Part shown: piece by piece, positions 40,601 to 49,608 of the stretch
How positions within the stretch are numbered: position 1 is the first letter of the stretch
How the letters are laid out: every line of letters starts with the position of its first letter
Source: Actinomycetales bacterium
Lineage (GTDB): Bacteria > Actinomycetota > Actinomycetes > Mycobacteriales > SCTD01
NCBI GenBank assembly: GCA_036675425.1
Contig: JAKFFB010000191.1
Location: 3,887-67,886 of the forward strand
Length of the DNA stretch: 64,000 nt
Reading direction: 5' to 3'
Position numbers and translations under genes: made by a program
The notes under the pieces: model-generated
The model's input: only the letters and a program-made list of their open reading frames with translations
Database searches by the model: none
What the model was told of the DNA's origin: nothing

Positions 40601-41503
40601 CTACGCCGTGAACTTGGCTGCCAGCGCGGCGATCTCGTCCGTCGTGGACTGCGGGACGATCGACCCTTCGGTGCTGTTGATCTCGTCCAGGTGGGCCTGG
40701 ATGTCCTCCGCGGTCGGCGTGACGCCGGCGCCGGCGAACCAGCCCTGGCCGAGCGTCCAGCTGACGGCGGCGTAGCGACCACCGGCGGCGGAGAACTGGC
40801 CGTGCGTCGTGGTGCAGGCCTCGCTGGCGAGGTAGACGACCATCGGCGTCACGAGCTCGGGCGCGAGGTAGTTGGCGAAGTCGCCGAGCAGCTCCTCGGT
40901 CATCCGGGTCTTGGCGACCGGCATGATCACGTTGGAGAGGATGCCGGCGCGGGCGCCCTCGACCGACAGCGTGTTGGACAGGCCGACCAGACCCATCTTG
41001 GCGGCCGAGTAGTTGCTCTGGCCGAAGTTGCCGAAGGTCGCGTTGGACGCGGTGTGGACGAAGCGGCCGTAGCCGTTCTCCTTCATGACGGCGAACGCCG
41101 GCTGGCTGACGTAGAAGGCGGCCTTGAGGTGGACGTCGATGATGGCGTCGAGGTCGTCCCAGGTGAGCTTGAGGAAGCTCTTGTCGCGCAGGAAGCCGGC
41201 GTTGTTGATGACGATGTCGACCTTGCCGAAGGTGTCGACGGCGGTCTTGACGATGTTGGCGCCGCCCTCGGGCGTCATGACCGAGTCGAAGTTCGGGGCG
41301 GCGTCGCCGCCGGCCGCCTTGATCTCGTCGACGACCTTCTGCGCGGCGGTGTGGTCGCCGCCCTGGCCGTCGACGCTGCCGCCGAGGTCGTTCACGACGA
41401 CGGCGGCACCGCGCTTGGCGAGCTCGAGGGCGTAGGTGCGGCCGAGGCCGCCGCCGGCGCCGGTGACGACGGCGACGCGGCCGTCGAAGCTGATGTCGGA
41501 CAC
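40601..41503 (-). CDS. SDR, MFE-2-like 3-hydroxyacyl-CoA dehydrogenase
   Basis: TGAGGGLG, VVVNDLGG, NNAGFLRD, GNFGQSNYSAAK. Confidence 0.9.
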   Translation of the reverse strand: MSDISFDGRVAVVTGAGGGLGRTYALELAKRGAAVVVNDLGGSVDGQGGDHTAAQKVVDEIKAAGGDAAPNFDSVMTPEGGANIVKTAVDTFGKVDIVINNAGFLRDKSFLKLTWDDLDAIIDVHLKAAFYVSQPAFAVMKENGYGRFVHTASNATFGNFGQSNYSAAKMGLVGLSNTLSVEGARAGILSNVIMPVAKTRMTEELLGDFANYLAPELVTPMVVYLASEACTTTHGQFSAAGGRYAAVSWTLGQGWFAGAGVTPTAEDIQAHLDEINSTEGSIVPQSTTDEIAALAAKFTA

Positions 41504-41603
41504 GGAGGTGCTCCTGCGAGTTCGGGGATGGAGGGGCGCGGACGACACCGCGCTGGCCTCCATCGTCCCGCGCTCCCCCTACTGGCCGGTAGCCACCCCC
41601 CGT

Positions 41604-43574
41604 TTACGGCTGGAAGGACAGCGAGCCGGTGCGCGCGAACGAGTCCGCGTCGCCGGCCACGACCCCGAGCTGGCTGACCGCGTAGATGCGGTCGGCGTCG
41701 TGCAGCACCCGCTCGGGCTGCGCGGCCATGACCTCCATCCGGCCCGCCTCGACCAGCGTCCTGCCCTCGACCCGCACGCCGAGCGCGCCGAACCACGATC
41801 CGCGGCCGTCCCACTCCGACAGCGGCAGCAGCGCCGTCCGACGCGAGACGTCGTAGCCGAAGGCACGGCTCTCGTCTGCGGCCGGCGTCCAGCCCTGCCC
41901 GAGCGGCAGCCGGTCGACCTGGGTGGGCTTCGTGCGGTCGGACAGGTCGAACAGCGACACCTGCATGCCGGTCACCCGGCCCTGCGCGTCCGCGTCCTGC
42001 CCGACGCCCAGCAGCAGGTCGTCGCCGACCGGGTGCAGGTAGGTCGAGAAGCCGGGGATCTTCAGCTCACCGGTCACGCGGGGCGCAGCCGGGTCGGACA
42101 GGTCGAGGACGTAGAGCGGGTCGGTCTGCCGGAACGTCACGACGGTCGCGAGGTCGCCGAAGTAGCGCACCGCGTAGATCCGCTCGTCGATGCCGAGCCC
42201 GCCGACGCGGCCGACCTGGACCAGCCCGTTGTCCCGCTCCTCCAGCACGATCACGCTGGACGAGCTCGGGGTCTGCCCGCCCCACGGCGGCGCGCTGGTG
42301 GTGGCGACGCGCAGGTGCCCGTCGTACGACGACAGCGCCCACCGGCCGATGACGTAGCCGTCGACCGACGCGCTCCCGGCGTACGAGGTGCGGTCCGGGG
42401 CGGAGGTGTCGAACGCGTGCAGCTCGGTGGTGACCTCGTTCTCGACGTCGACGGTCGAGGTGTCGGACGGGGCGCTGGACACCGCGTCGTCCGCCATCGC
42501 CGGCGCCGCCGTGCCCCAGCGGCTGGTCGCGACGTAGAGCCGGTCGGCGGAGGCGTAGACGAGCTCGCCGTCCGTGGTGACGGCGGTCGTGTCGAGCGGT
42601 TGCAGGTCTCGCTGCAGGTCCAGCGTCGTCACGAGCAGGGTGCTCGCGCCGCGCGGGTCAGGAGCGTGCCGGACGTCCGAGCAGCCGACCGCCTGGTCGT
42701 CGGAGATGAGGTCTCCGTCGGCGTCCCGTCGCTCGATCGTCGGCAGCACGTCGGCCAGGCCGACAGCCCCTGCGCGCTTGCGGTTCTCGGCGAGAGCGGC
42801 GTCGTTCTGCGCCTGGCCGTACGGCTGGACCGGCTGCACCCCCTCGGGCATCGGGGTGGAGCTGGTGACCAGCCGCACCGCGCCGTCCGACAGCCGTGCC
42901 GACAGGTAGCGACCGTCGAGCTTGGCCTGCTCGACCAGTCTCGGCGCGGCCGGGTTCGCGATGTCGTAGAGCAGCGCCGTGGTGCTCATGCTCGACGGTC
43001 CCCAGGGCATGGAGCGGAACGACGACGCGGGACCGCCCCACCAGCCGCCGTTGGGGGCGAGCACGAGGACGCGGTCGCCGTCGACGAGCAGCTCGGAGCC
43101 GTAGACCTCCTGGCCGAGCGACGTGCTGCTGAGCAGCTCCGGCTGCGCGCCGCGGCGGACGACCTGCAGCCGGTTCTGCGCCACGGCGAGCAGCAGGTCG
43201 CCGCTGGTCTTGGCCAGGTCCGGCTCGTCGACGCCCTGCTCCTGCAGGTTGGTCCCGGTCGGGCCGCTGCCGACGGCGCCGGTGTCGGCGCCACCCGCCG
43301 CGGCAGCAGCCCCGGCGCTCGGCGCGCCGACGGCCGCCGTGTCCCGCGCGCCCTCGGCGTACGCGATGCCCCCGCCACCCCCGACGCCCCACGGCGTGGC
43401 GTTCTTGCGCAGCTCGCTGCGGTAGTGGTCCAGCAGCTCGCCGCAGGAGTCGTACGGCACGAGGCCCTCGGCCGCGGCCTTGGGGGCGGCGCCCGGCAGC
43501 AGCGTGAGCCCAGCTGCCACCAGGACGAGCGCGGCCACGATCCCGGTGCTGGTGACGAGACGGCGAGACGGCAC
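41604..43574 (-). CDS. Secreted/anchored beta-propeller domain protein (Beta_propel-like)
   Basis: N-terminal hydrophobic segment; TNLQEQGVDEPD, LRVATT, YAVRY, VTFRQTDPL, GELKIPGFSTYLHP. Confidence 0.85.
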   Translation of the reverse strand: MPSRRLVTSTGIVAALVLVAAGLTLLPGAAPKAAAEGLVPYDSCGELLDHYRSELRKNATPWGVGGGGGIAYAEGARDTAAVGAPSAGAAAAAGGADTGAVGSGPTGTNLQEQGVDEPDLAKTSGDLLLAVAQNRLQVVRRGAQPELLSSTSLGQEVYGSELLVDGDRVLVLAPNGGWWGGPASSFRSMPWGPSSMSTTALLYDIANPAAPRLVEQAKLDGRYLSARLSDGAVRLVTSSTPMPEGVQPVQPYGQAQNDAALAENRKRAGAVGLADVLPTIERRDADGDLISDDQAVGCSDVRHAPDPRGASTLLVTTLDLQRDLQPLDTTAVTTDGELVYASADRLYVATSRWGTAAPAMADDAVSSAPSDTSTVDVENEVTTELHAFDTSAPDRTSYAGSASVDGYVIGRWALSSYDGHLRVATTSAPPWGGQTPSSSSVIVLEERDNGLVQVGRVGGLGIDERIYAVRYFGDLATVVTFRQTDPLYVLDLSDPAAPRVTGELKIPGFSTYLHPVGDDLLLGVGQDADAQGRVTGMQVSLFDLSDRTKPTQVDRLPLGQGWTPAADESRAFGYDVSRRTALLPLSEWDGRGSWFGALGVRVEGRTLVEAGRMEVMAAQPERVLHDADRIYAVSQLGVVAGDADSFARTGSLSFQP

Positions 43575-43696
43575 GGCGACCTCCCAGGTCTGCGACTGCA
43601 GGTGTGACGCAGTGGAGCCGGCCCAGGATCCCTCGCCCGGCGCGGGGCCTGCAGGGAGTTCGGTAGCATCCGTCCCGGCAGTCGCGAGGCTGCCAG

Positions 43697-43786
43697 GGAG
43701 GCGTCGCCTAGTCCGGTCTATGGCGCCGCACTGCTAATGCGGTTTGGGTCTCAAGCCCATCGGGAGTTCAAATCTCCCCGCCTCCG
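43697..43786 (+). tRNA. tRNA-Ser(GCT)
   Basis: Acceptor GGAGGCG/CGCCTCC, discriminator G; anticodon arm CCGCA-CT-GCT-AA-TGCGG; long variable arm; GTTCAAATC T-loop. Confidence 0.96.
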
Positions 43787-44031
43787 CCCACTGCTCCATC
43801 CGGGTGAAATTCCCTGGATCGAGCGTTGCCGCGAACCCCCGTCCGGAGGACGGGATGCGCTGCGTTCCGGTGCAAGAGCTGCGTCGCGCCGGACTCCGTA
43901 CGCCATCCGGGGGATCGCGACGCGTTCCACACTTTGGTTCAAAATATGACAAGTGCTTCAGAAGTGCCGCGCAACATGACGAACAGGTTCTCAGCGGACA
44001 GGGAAGGTCCGCTTCCCCTCAGGAGAACCCC

Positions 44032-45243
44032 ATGACCCGTCCGCTGCGCTACCTGCTCGTCTCGTCCGTCACCCTGCTGTCCGGCGCCGTCGCCGTGGCC
44101 GGGCTGGTCCCCGCCGCCGCGGTCAGCGACCTGCCGGCGGCCGCCCCGCCGGCGGCGGTCACGGCGCCCGCCGTCGTCCGCCCGGCCGCTGTCGTCCAGG
44201 CCGCCCAGATCGTGCGCGAGCAGATCTCCATGGGGATGGAGTGCACCCTGAGCGCCGGCGACGTCCCGCTCTGCCTGCACGGCGAGGACGCGGCCCCCGA
44301 CAGCGTGGAGGCCGCCAGCGGCGCGACCGGCGCGACCGGCACCACCGGCTCGATCGGGTGCTACGGCAACGGCACCGACGGCCGCCGGGTGCGCGCCGTC
44401 TACGCCCGGCCGCAGACCGCCCCCGACCGCTTCGCCGAGTCGCTCCCGTCGATCCGCAGCTGGGCGGCCGGTGTCAGCGCGCAGTTCGACGAGTCCGCCG
44501 CCCGCACCGGCGGCCGCCGGCACGTCCGCTGGGCGACCACCCCTGGGCCGTCGTGCGCGGTGGTCGTCCTCTCGGTGACGCTCCCCGACACGGCGTTCCG
44601 GTCCTTCCAGGCCACCGTCGACGCGCTCGAGCAGCGCGGCCTGAAGGCGGAGTACTCGAAGTACCTCGTCTGGGCCGACGTCGACCGGGTCTGCGGGCTC
44701 GCCACGAGCTTCGTCGACGACTCGCCGGGGCTGGACAACCTCAACAACGGCAGCCTCCCGTCGTACGCCCGGATCGACCGTCGCTGCTGGGGCAAGGTCG
44801 AGACGCACGAGCTGGTGCACATGCTCGGCGGTGTGCAGCGGTCGGCGACCAACGCCACCGCGGGCTTCCACTGCAGCGACGGACTCGACGTCATGTGCTA
44901 CGACGACGGGACCGCGGGCAGCGCGCAGCGGGCCGTGTGCGGCAAGGAGCGGGTCCGCATCCTGGACTGCCGCAACGACGACTACTTCTCGACCGCGGCG
45001 CCGCGCGGCAGCTACCTGCAGACGCACTGGAACACCGCGCGCAGCTCCTTCCTCGCCGCGACGCTCAGCGATCCCGCCGCGGCGCCCGCGCCCCAGAGCA
45101 GCAGCCCGCCGGCGAGCCCGTCGCCGGGGCCGAGCAGCCCGCCGGAGGAGATCGAGGACCCGCTCAGCGGGGCCCTTCCCGCTGTCCAGCTCCCGGCCGG
45201 CATCCCGACCCTGCTGCCGTCGCTGCTCGGGAGCGACCGATGA
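44032..45243 (+). CDS. Secreted Cys-containing zinc metallopeptidase-like protein
   Basis: Signal peptide; HELVHMLG (HExxH), downstream HC and DVMCY; Pro/Ser-rich tail; AGGAG RBS. Confidence 0.72.
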   Translation: MTRPLRYLLVSSVTLLSGAVAVAGLVPAAAVSDLPAAAPPAAVTAPAVVRPAAVVQAAQIVREQISMGMECTLSAGDVPLCLHGEDAAPDSVEAASGATGATGTTGSIGCYGNGTDGRRVRAVYARPQTAPDRFAESLPSIRSWAAGVSAQFDESAARTGGRRHVRWATTPGPSCAVVVLSVTLPDTAFRSFQATVDALEQRGLKAEYSKYLVWADVDRVCGLATSFVDDSPGLDNLNNGSLPSYARIDRRCWGKVETHELVHMLGGVQRSATNATAGFHCSDGLDVMCYDDGTAGSAQRAVCGKERVRILDCRNDDYFSTAAPRGSYLQTHWNTARSSFLAATLSDPAAAPAPQSSSPPASPSPGPSSPPEEIEDPLSGALPAVQLPAGIPTLLPSLLGSDR

Positions 45244-46118
45244 GCGACCTGCAGGTGTCGAACGCGATCCCGTTGCAGCGCAGGCTGATCGACCTCGGAC
45301 AGGCGCTCCGCTCGCCCGCTCCGGCGTCCGACGGGATGGCGGCGCTGTTCGAGGCCGAGCTGCGGCTGGGCCTGGAGGACGCCGACGAGGACCGGGCGTA
45401 CGACGCGGCTCGCGCGCTGCACCGCCGCACCGGCGACCTGGCCCGCTGCCACCGCGCGGTCGCCCGGGTGCTGGCCGGCGTCGGCGCCGCCTGGGCGGCC
45501 GGGGAGTGCTCGATCGCGCACGAGCACCGGGTGGCGTCCGCCGCCTCGGCGGTGCTGCACCGGCTCCGCCCGGCGTCCCCGCCGCACGACGCGCCTCGTG
45601 TCGTGCTCGCTGTGCCCCCGGGCGAGCGGCACCTGCTGGCGCTCAAGAGCCTGGCCCAGCTGCTGCGCGACGCCGGGCACGTCGCCGACGTCGTGGGCGA
45701 CCTGCCGGCGGCCGAGCTGGCCGAGGCCGCCCGTGGTGCGGCCGCCGTCGTGATCAGCGTGCACGTCCGCAGCGCGGCGCCGGCCGGCCTGGTGGCCGCG
45801 GTGCGCCGGGTGCACCCGGACTGCCTGATCGTCGTGGGAGGCCCGGCCGCGGCGCCCGTGCTCGAGGCCGACCTGATCACCAGCGACGTGACCGTGCTGC
45901 TGTCGGCGCTGGACCGGCGCGGCTGCCCGCTCAGCGAGCGCGAGCTGCAGGCGCTGCGCTGCGTCGCGGACGGACTGACCAACGTCGAGGCGGCACAGGC
46001 CCTGGGTGTCGCCGCGGCCACCGTGAAGACGCACCTGGACCACGTGTTCCTCAAGACCGGCACGACCGGCCGGGCTGCCGCAGTGGCGCTCGCGCTGCGT
46101 CGCGGCTGGATCCGCTGA
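45240..46118 (+). CDS. Cobalamin-binding (CarH-type) domain fused to LuxR HTH
   Basis: W-x9-EH (WAAGECSIAHEH), PPGERHLLA, AVVISV, IVVGG; C-terminal LSERELQALRCVADGLTNVEAAQALGVAAATVKTHL. Confidence 0.85.
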   Translation: MSDLQVSNAIPLQRRLIDLGQALRSPAPASDGMAALFEAELRLGLEDADEDRAYDAARALHRRTGDLARCHRAVARVLAGVGAAWAAGECSIAHEHRVASAASAVLHRLRPASPPHDAPRVVLAVPPGERHLLALKSLAQLLRDAGHVADVVGDLPAAELAEAARGAAAVVISVHVRSAAPAGLVAAVRRVHPDCLIVVGGPAAAPVLEADLITSDVTVLLSALDRRGCPLSERELQALRCVADGLTNVEAAQALGVAAATVKTHLDHVFLKTGTTGRAAAVALALRRGWIR

Positions 46119-46179
46119 GGCGCCTGTACGGTCGAGGCAGACGGCGGGCACCGGCCCGCCGCACTGCCCCGGAGGTCCG

Positions 46180-46470
46180 ATGAGCACCACACCGGCAGCA
46201 CCTGCCGGGTCGCTGACCTTCGACCTGCGCGGGCTGGTCTGGGGCATCGAGAGCGAGGTCGCCCAGATCACCGGCCTGTGCCGGCGCATCGACGAGCACG
46301 TGCGCGCGGTCAACGTCGCGCGGGCCGAGGCCGCGCAGCGGCTGATCGACCTCGACGCACTGGTCGCCGCCGCTGAGCACCCCTCCCTGCAGGCCTGGCT
46401 GGAGACGGCGACGCGCGCGCCGCTGCCGCAGGTGCAGGAGGTCTTCCCCGACCGGCTCTACACGGACTGA
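46180..46470 (+). CDS. Small helical/coiled-coil hypothetical protein (paralog A)
   Basis: GGAGG RBS; ungapped similarity to 48941-49369. Confidence 0.8.
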   Translation: MSTTPAAPAGSLTFDLRGLVWGIESEVAQITGLCRRIDEHVRAVNVARAEAAQRLIDLDALVAAAEHPSLQAWLETATRAPLPQVQEVFPDRLYTD

Positions 46471-46546
46471 TCGGACATAGCGGCGAACGCCGCGCGCGAC
46501 GCCGCCCGGGGTCGCACACTGAGGGCCCCTGTCCCCGGAGGTCCGC

Positions 46547-47176
46547 GTGCTGCTGGCCGGTGCCGCCGAGCTGACGGCGCACGGCGTGCACACCGCGGTC
46601 GTGGCCGGTGGCCTCTGCCTGCTCGTCGTGCTGCTGCGCCCCGCTCCCGCGGCGCCGTCCGCCCTCGCGGTGTCCCGGCTGCGCCGCGCCGCCCGGGACG
46701 GCCGGCTCGTCGAGCTCGCGACCCGGCAGGCGCTCGCGGTGCAGGACCGGCCGGGTCCCGACCCCGCGCTCCGCGCCGCCGCGGTGGGCAGCGTGGCGGC
46801 GGCGTGGATCCACGCGCTGGTCGCCGGGGACCACCTCGCGGTCTCGGCGGTGACCGGCGCGTTCTTCCTGCTCGCCGCCGGAGCGCAGACGGCGTGGGCG
46901 GCCGCGCTCCTGCTGCGCCCGTCGTACTCCGTGCTGGTCGCGGGTTGCGCCGGTCACCTGGCGCTGGTCGGTCTGTGGCTGGCCAGCCGCACGCTGGGTG
47001 CGGAGCGCATCGGCGTCGTCGACGCCCTCGCCGTGACGTACGAGCTGCTCGCCGTCGGCGCGGGCGTCCTCGTGCTGCGCCGCATGACGTCGGCCCCGCT
47101 GCCGTCCGACCGCCGTCGCACGGCGCCGGCGCTCGCCGTCGGCGGCACCGTCGCGCTCGCCCTGTGGGGTCTCTAG
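46547..47176 (+). CDS. Hypothetical membrane protein
   Basis: GGAGG RBS; several TM helices, AWIHALVAGDH, FFLLAAGAQ, WLASRT. Confidence 0.7.
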   Translation: MLLAGAAELTAHGVHTAVVAGGLCLLVVLLRPAPAAPSALAVSRLRRAARDGRLVELATRQALAVQDRPGPDPALRAAAVGSVAAAWIHALVAGDHLAVSAVTGAFFLLAAGAQTAWAAALLLRPSYSVLVAGCAGHLALVGLWLASRTLGAERIGVVDALAVTYELLAVGAGVLVLRRMTSAPLPSDRRRTAPALAVGGTVALALWGL

Positions 47177-47200
47177 CGATGCCGAAGCCGAGGAGCTGAC

Positions 47201-47956
47201 ATGTGGTGGACCACGGCGTCGATCGCCAACGCGCTGGTCGCGGTCGCGTACCTGCTCATCGCTCTCGCGATCGTGCGCCCGCTCGTGCAGGCCAAGCAGC
47301 TGCGCAGCAACCGGCTCGGCGCCGCGACCGCCGCCATCTTCTTCACCTGCGCCGTGCACCACGGCGCGCACACGCTGCACATGGTGGTGCTGCCCTACCT
47401 CGGCCTGGCCGAAGACCAGGGTCTGGCGATGCGCGCGACCTACAGCTTCCCGAGCGCGACGTGGGACGTCATCTCGGCCGCGGTCGGCATCTACTACTGG
47501 ACGCTGCGGCGGACGTACGGCTCGCTGATGGAGGGGGCGAAGCTGTTCGAGGACATGCAGCAGCGCGAGCGGCAGGCGCTGGAGCTCAACGACAACGTGC
47601 TGCAGGGCCTCGTCGTCGCCAAGCTCGCGCTCGACCTGGACGAGCGCGACAAGGCCTACCGCGCGGTGGAGACCGCGATCGCGTCTGCCAGCGGGATGAT
47701 CACCGAGCTGCTCGGCGTGCAGGAGGCGAAGGCCCGGCACAGCCTGGTGCGCAAGCGTGCCGCCGACGTGTCCGCGGGTGACGCGTTACGGTCACGACGC
47801 CGTCGGCCATCCGCGTCCTCGTCGTCGACGACACCGCGGACCTGCGCTTCCTGCTCCGGATGGCGCTGGGCACCGAGGCCGACATCGACGTCGTCGGCGA
47901 GGCCGGCGACGGGCGCGAGGCGGTCGAGGCGGCGCGGCGGCACCGCCCCGACGTGA
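47201..47956 (+). CDS. Three-TM ethylene-receptor-like sensor with degenerate HisKA_3 helix; 3' end uncertain
   Basis: GAGGAG RBS; ANALVAVAYLLI, IFFTCAVHH, WDVISAAVG; LELNDNVLQGL (His replaced by Asn); tail after about 47790 is out-of-frame reading of the next gene. Confidence 0.65.
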   Translation: MWWTTASIANALVAVAYLLIALAIVRPLVQAKQLRSNRLGAATAAIFFTCAVHHGAHTLHMVVLPYLGLAEDQGLAMRATYSFPSATWDVISAAVGIYYWTLRRTYGSLMEGAKLFEDMQQRERQALELNDNVLQGLVVAKLALDLDERDKAYRAVETAIASASGMITELLGVQEAKARHSLVRKRAADVSAGDALRSRRRRPSASSSSTTPRTCASCSGWRWAPRPTSTSSARPATGARRSRRRGGTAPT

Positions 47957-48885
47957 TGCTGCTCGACCTGGCCATGCCGGTGATGGACGGGCTCGAGGCG
48001 CTGCCGCTGGTGCGCGCGGTCAGTCCGGGCACGCAGGTCGTCATCCTGTCCGGCTTCGAGGCGACGTCGATGGCCGCGTCGGCGTCCGCCGCGGGTGCCG
48101 CGGCGTACGTGCAGAAGGGCGCGTCGCCGGACGTCATCATCGGATGCGTCCGACGCGTCGCGCGGCCCGACGCGGTGCTGCCGGTGCAGCGGCCGGTGCC
48201 CGTGGCGTCGCCGGTCGTGGTGGACGACGAGGAGAGCGAGGTGTCGCGGCTGCGCGCCGCGATCCGGTCGACGGCGCACGAGCTGCGCAACCCGGTCGCC
48301 GCGCTGCTCGGCGCGGCGCAGACGCTGACCGCGAAGTCCGACCGGCTCTCCGCGCAGGCGCAGGCCGACCTGCTCGCCGCCATCGACCGGCAGACGCGCG
48401 TGCTCGACCGGCTCACCGCGGACCTGCTCGCCGCGTCGCAGTCCGAGATCGGCGTGCTCGACGTCGCACCGGAGCCGGTGACCCTGCTGCCGGTGCTCGC
48501 CGCGGCCGCGTCGACGTCGTCGTACGTCTCGGTCGACTGCCCGCCGGACCTGGTCGCGCACGTCGACCCGGTGCGGCTCGACCAGATGATCGGCAACCTG
48601 CTCTCGAACGCGCAGAAGTACGGCGCCGCGCCGATCTGGCTGACCGCGACGACGCAGGGCGAGCTCGTCGCGGTGGAGGTCAGCGATCGCGGAGCGGGCG
48701 TGCCGGCCGACTTCCAGCCGCTGCTGTTCGAGCAGTACTCGCGCGCGCCGGGGACCCGTCGCGCCGGGACCGGCATCGGGCTCTACCTCGTGCGCACGCT
48801 CGCCGAGCGGCACGGCGGCTCGGCGTGGTTCCGGCCGCACCCGAAGGGCGGCGCCGTCTTCGGCTTCTCCGTCCCCCGCGGCTGA
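47809..48885 (+). CDS. Hybrid response regulator-histidine kinase (REC-HisKA-HATPase); no in-frame start codon before the REC domain
   Basis: IRVLVVDD, PDVMLLDLAMPVMDG, AHELRNP, NLLSNAQKY, DRGAG, GTGIGL; first ATG (47860) lies inside the REC domain. Confidence 0.8.
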   Translation: MRVLVVDDTADLRFLLRMALGTEADIDVVGEAGDGREAVEAARRHRPDVMLLDLAMPVMDGLEALPLVRAVSPGTQVVILSGFEATSMAASASAAGAAAYVQKGASPDVIIGCVRRVARPDAVLPVQRPVPVASPVVVDDEESEVSRLRAAIRSTAHELRNPVAALLGAAQTLTAKSDRLSAQAQADLLAAIDRQTRVLDRLTADLLAASQSEIGVLDVAPEPVTLLPVLAAAASTSSYVSVDCPPDLVAHVDPVRLDQMIGNLLSNAQKYGAAPIWLTATTQGELVAVEVSDRGAGVPADFQPLLFEQYSRAPGTRRAGTGIGLYLVRTLAERHGGSAWFRPHPKGGAVFGFSVPRG

Positions 48886-48940
48886 GAACGGCGAACGGCC
48901 GGCACCCGGTGCGGGATGCCGGCCGTTCGACGCGGATGGA

Positions 48941-49369
48941 CTAGCCGCCGTAGATGCGGGCGGGGAACTCCTCCTCCACCTGCGGCAGCTGCGGCTGGAT
49001 GGTGGTGTCGAGGAAGGCGCTGAGGTTGACGTCCTCGGCCGCGGCCTGCAGGTCGTCGAGGTGCAGCAGGCGACGGGTCGCCTCGGCGCGCAGGTCGTTG
49101 AGCGCCTTCACGTGCTGGTCGATCTGACCGGACAGGCCGGTGATCGCGGTGACCTCGTCCTCGATGCCGGTGACCAGGCCGCGCAGCGCGGTCGCGAGCG
49201 CGGTGCTCGCCGTCGTGCTGCGGCTGGAGCTGCTGCTCGCGCTCGACGCCGCGCGCGGGGTGCGGCTGGTCGTCTTGCGCGCGGGCGCCTTGCGGCGGCT
49301 CGTGCTCTTGCTCCGGCTGCTGGCCTTCTTGGCCGGCGCGGGGGCCGTCTCGGTGGTCGCGTCGCTCAC
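48941..49369 (-). CDS. Hypothetical helical protein with basic Lys/Arg/Ser/Thr-rich N-terminal tail (paralog B)
   Basis: GGAGG RBS before GTG 49369; KKASSRSKSTSRRKAPARKTTSRTPR tail; C-terminal 81 aa match paralog A. Confidence 0.8.
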   Translation of the reverse strand: MSDATTETAPAPAKKASSRSKSTSRRKAPARKTTSRTPRAASSASSSSSRSTTASTALATALRGLVTGIEDEVTAITGLSGQIDQHVKALNDLRAEATRRLLHLDDLQAAAEDVNLSAFLDTTIQPQLPQVEEEFPARIYGG

Positions 49370-49493
49370 TGTTCCTCCATCGTCGTCGCCGGCTGCGGGG
49401 ATGGCGCACCCGGATGTCGGGACGATCCTGGCACGTTCTCGCGTCGGCATGTCGATCCGTCCTGGTCGCGCCGCGGATGTCGGGTCGCGGGCC

Positions 49494-49528
49494 GGGTCCT
49501 TCGGCCCCGACGAAGGGACCTTCGGCCC
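49494..49528 (+). promoter_or_regulatory. Tandem DosR/DevR-like boxes upstream of narK
   Basis: GGGTCCTTCGGCCC (49494) and GGGACCTTCGGCCC (49515), 21 bp apart. Confidence 0.7.
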
Positions 49529-49608
49529 CCTGCCCGACGGCCCCTGACGCAGAACCCTGGAGCAACGCGAGCGCGACGCGCTCGACCACTGCTGCCCCAG
49601 GAGCTCCG

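Noticed and set aside
41604-43574. Beta-propeller as the missing MauB heavy chain
   Set aside because: About 39 kb away, with motifs of an unrelated Beta_propel family.
43697-43786. Long-variable-arm tRNA considered as tRNA-Sec supporting the UGA at 587
   Set aside because: Anticodon is GCT with a 7-bp acceptor stem, so it is tRNA-Ser; no sel genes are seen in this window.
46167-46545. Identical 13-mer CCCCGGAGGTCCG before two adjacent starts
   Set aside because: Largely explained by the GGAGG Shine-Dalgarno in GC-rich DNA; too little evidence for an operator.
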